Translations under genes and position numbers: made by a program
Source: Mobula hypostoma
Taxonomy: Eukaryota
DNA: 64,000 nucleotides
Direction: 5' to 3'
Assembly (NCBI RefSeq): GCF_963921235.1
Contig: NC_086097.1
Location: 100,256,001 to 100,320,000 of the forward strand
Notes under the pieces: generated by a model
Told to the model about the DNA's origin: nothing
What the model saw: only the letters and a program-made list of their open reading frames with translations
Database searches by the model: none
Shown: positions 62,505-64,000 of the stretch, piece by piece
Layout: each line of letters begins with the position of its first letter
How positions within the stretch are numbered: position 1 is the first letter of the stretch

Positions 62505-62660
62505 AAACAGCAGGAAATCTGACTCACCAAGACACTCGGTGGCTGGGCTCCCGCTTATATAGGAGCTCTGCACACGGTGAATAGGGCCAGTCCCAAGTGC
62601 ACAAGGAGAGCACAGCCCACACCCCACACCCATGAGGCGTTGTCCGCGGGAAGTGGCTTG
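62505..62660 (-). promoter_or_regulatory. crip1-like core promoter
   Basis: TATATAAG at 62554-62561 (minus strand), about 75 nt upstream of the ATG; AP-1 TGACTCA at 62520-62526; CACCC boxes at about 62615-62631; GGAAG(T) ETS-like sites; CpG-enriched neighbourhood. Confidence 0.75.
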
Positions 62661-63539
62661 TTGTTCTTTGACATGCACCTGAGTGTTGGGCTTCTTTCGT
62701 AAACAGGAGAGGGTGCGGTCTCTCTTTCACAGTTTGGTAGAGGGAGAGAGGTAAACTCACTTAGACTTCCATAAAGCCTACAGGGTTCCGGGATGGAGGT
62801 AGAGGAAGGCTGGGGGTCTCAGAATAAAGGGGTAGTTCTTTCAGACTGAGATGAGTGGAATCTCCTTCTTGCAGGGGTGAATGAAGCTGTGGTGTTCATG
62901 CTCACTGTAGCAGGCCTTGGTGAGACCTCACTTGTACCCACAGTTCTAGTCATCCAGCTACAGGAAGGGTGTCATTAACTGGAGGGGTGACCAGGATGTT
63001 ACAGGGACTGGAGAGTCTGAAGTTTAAGAAGCTGGATGGGCTGTGATCGTTTTCCTAGCGTGTAGGAGACTGTGTGGCAACCATTGAGAGGTGTAAATAA
63101 GGTGGGGGGGGGGAGGTCACAGTCTTTTTCCCAGGGCCAGGGAGCCTAAAACTAGAGGGTGTAGGTTTGGGGTGAGAGGGGAAAGGTTTAAAGGGGATCC
63201 AAGGGGCAACTTTTTATATTGAGGTGGAACAGACAGGTACAATACATGTAAAAGCCACTTGGACAGCTTAGCATCATCATCATGTGTCGTGTCACATGAC
63301 ATGGGCCATCATGGTCTTTGACAATGATTGTTCTTGGTAAAAATTTCTACAGAAGTAGTTTGCCATTGCCTTTTTGGACAGGTACACGGACAGAAAAGAT
63401 TTAGACTCTAAAGGTCCAAACTTCAGAAGTATATGGGTCAAGCAAATTGGAACTAGTTCAGGTGGGCACCTTGGGTAGCATTTGTGATTTGGGCCAAATG
63501 GCCTTCCATGCTTTGTAACTCTGACTCTATAACATAGAA

Positions 63540-63608
63540 CAGGGGTGCACAATGGGGTGCTCGTTTAATGTTAGGGATCTATGGCATAAAAAAGGTTGGG
63601 AAACCCTG
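63540..63608. mobile_element. hAT-type MITE (relatives at about 13197-13260 and 39512-39589)
   Basis: CAGGGGT...AACCCTG termini; 8-bp TSD acatagaa at 63532-63539 and 63609-63616. Confidence 0.75.
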
Positions 63609-63699
63609 ACATAGAATAATTGATAAAGCAATGTCTAATCTCTGACCTTGACAGTTACATTGCCCTGTGGTATTAACACAGGAAGGCCTGTCTTCACAA

Positions 63700-64000
63700 G
63701 GCCTGTGCTTGGAGTTCTCTCCTCTCATTGCCAGGCCAGTTCTGGTTTCAACATTGTGCTTTCCTCTATTCCGAGTAGTTTTTCCAATGGGGACACAATC
63801 CATCTGCTCCGACTTTGCTTCAAAAAACAGTCCGATATTCAGTAGTGATGAAGTGTGTTGAGAGGCTGGTGTTAAAGCATATCAGCTCCCGTCTGAATGG
63901 TGACTTGGATCCGCTCCAATTTACCTACCGAAGCAACTGGTCTACAGCAGATGCTATCTTGTTGGCTCTTCACACAACTCTGGAACATCTGCACAGATAA
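63700..64000 (+). mobile_element. Degraded Rex1/Babar RT, running off the window end
   Basis: VMKCVERLVLKHI...LDPLQFTYRSNWSTADAI. Confidence 0.8.

Overview
Vertebrate genomic DNA, most likely from a cartilaginous fish (ray or shark; inferred from the repeat families). Roughly two thirds of it (by eye) is transposon-derived. It holds two convergent genes. (1) On +, the last two coding exons of a d4/DPF-family double-PHD gene (18004-18085, 21688-21758); the earlier exons appear to lie upstream of the window. (2) On -, a complete five-exon CRIP1-like single-LIM gene: ATG at 62480, 77 aa, TATA promoter, non-coding last exon near 49055-49421. The rest is nested CR1 and Rex1/Babar LINEs, tRNA-derived SINEs, Gypsy LTR remnants, a Tc1 remnant, a CMC/Chapaev-like transposon remnant, hAT MITEs and several minisatellites, at least three of them seeded from transposon sequence. 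The most notable signal is a family of short (about 100-280 bp), often palindromic insertions, several with clear target-site duplications. They carry a minimal type I hammerhead ribozyme (YAGUC-CUGAnGA-stemII-GAAA-CG-UC^GACUG) and appear to derive from Penelope-like pLTRs. Five copies have an intact core, and one of these lies sense to the crip1-like pre-mRNA. All calls are by eye; no searches were run, and repeat boundaries are approximate unless a TSD or splice site fixes them.
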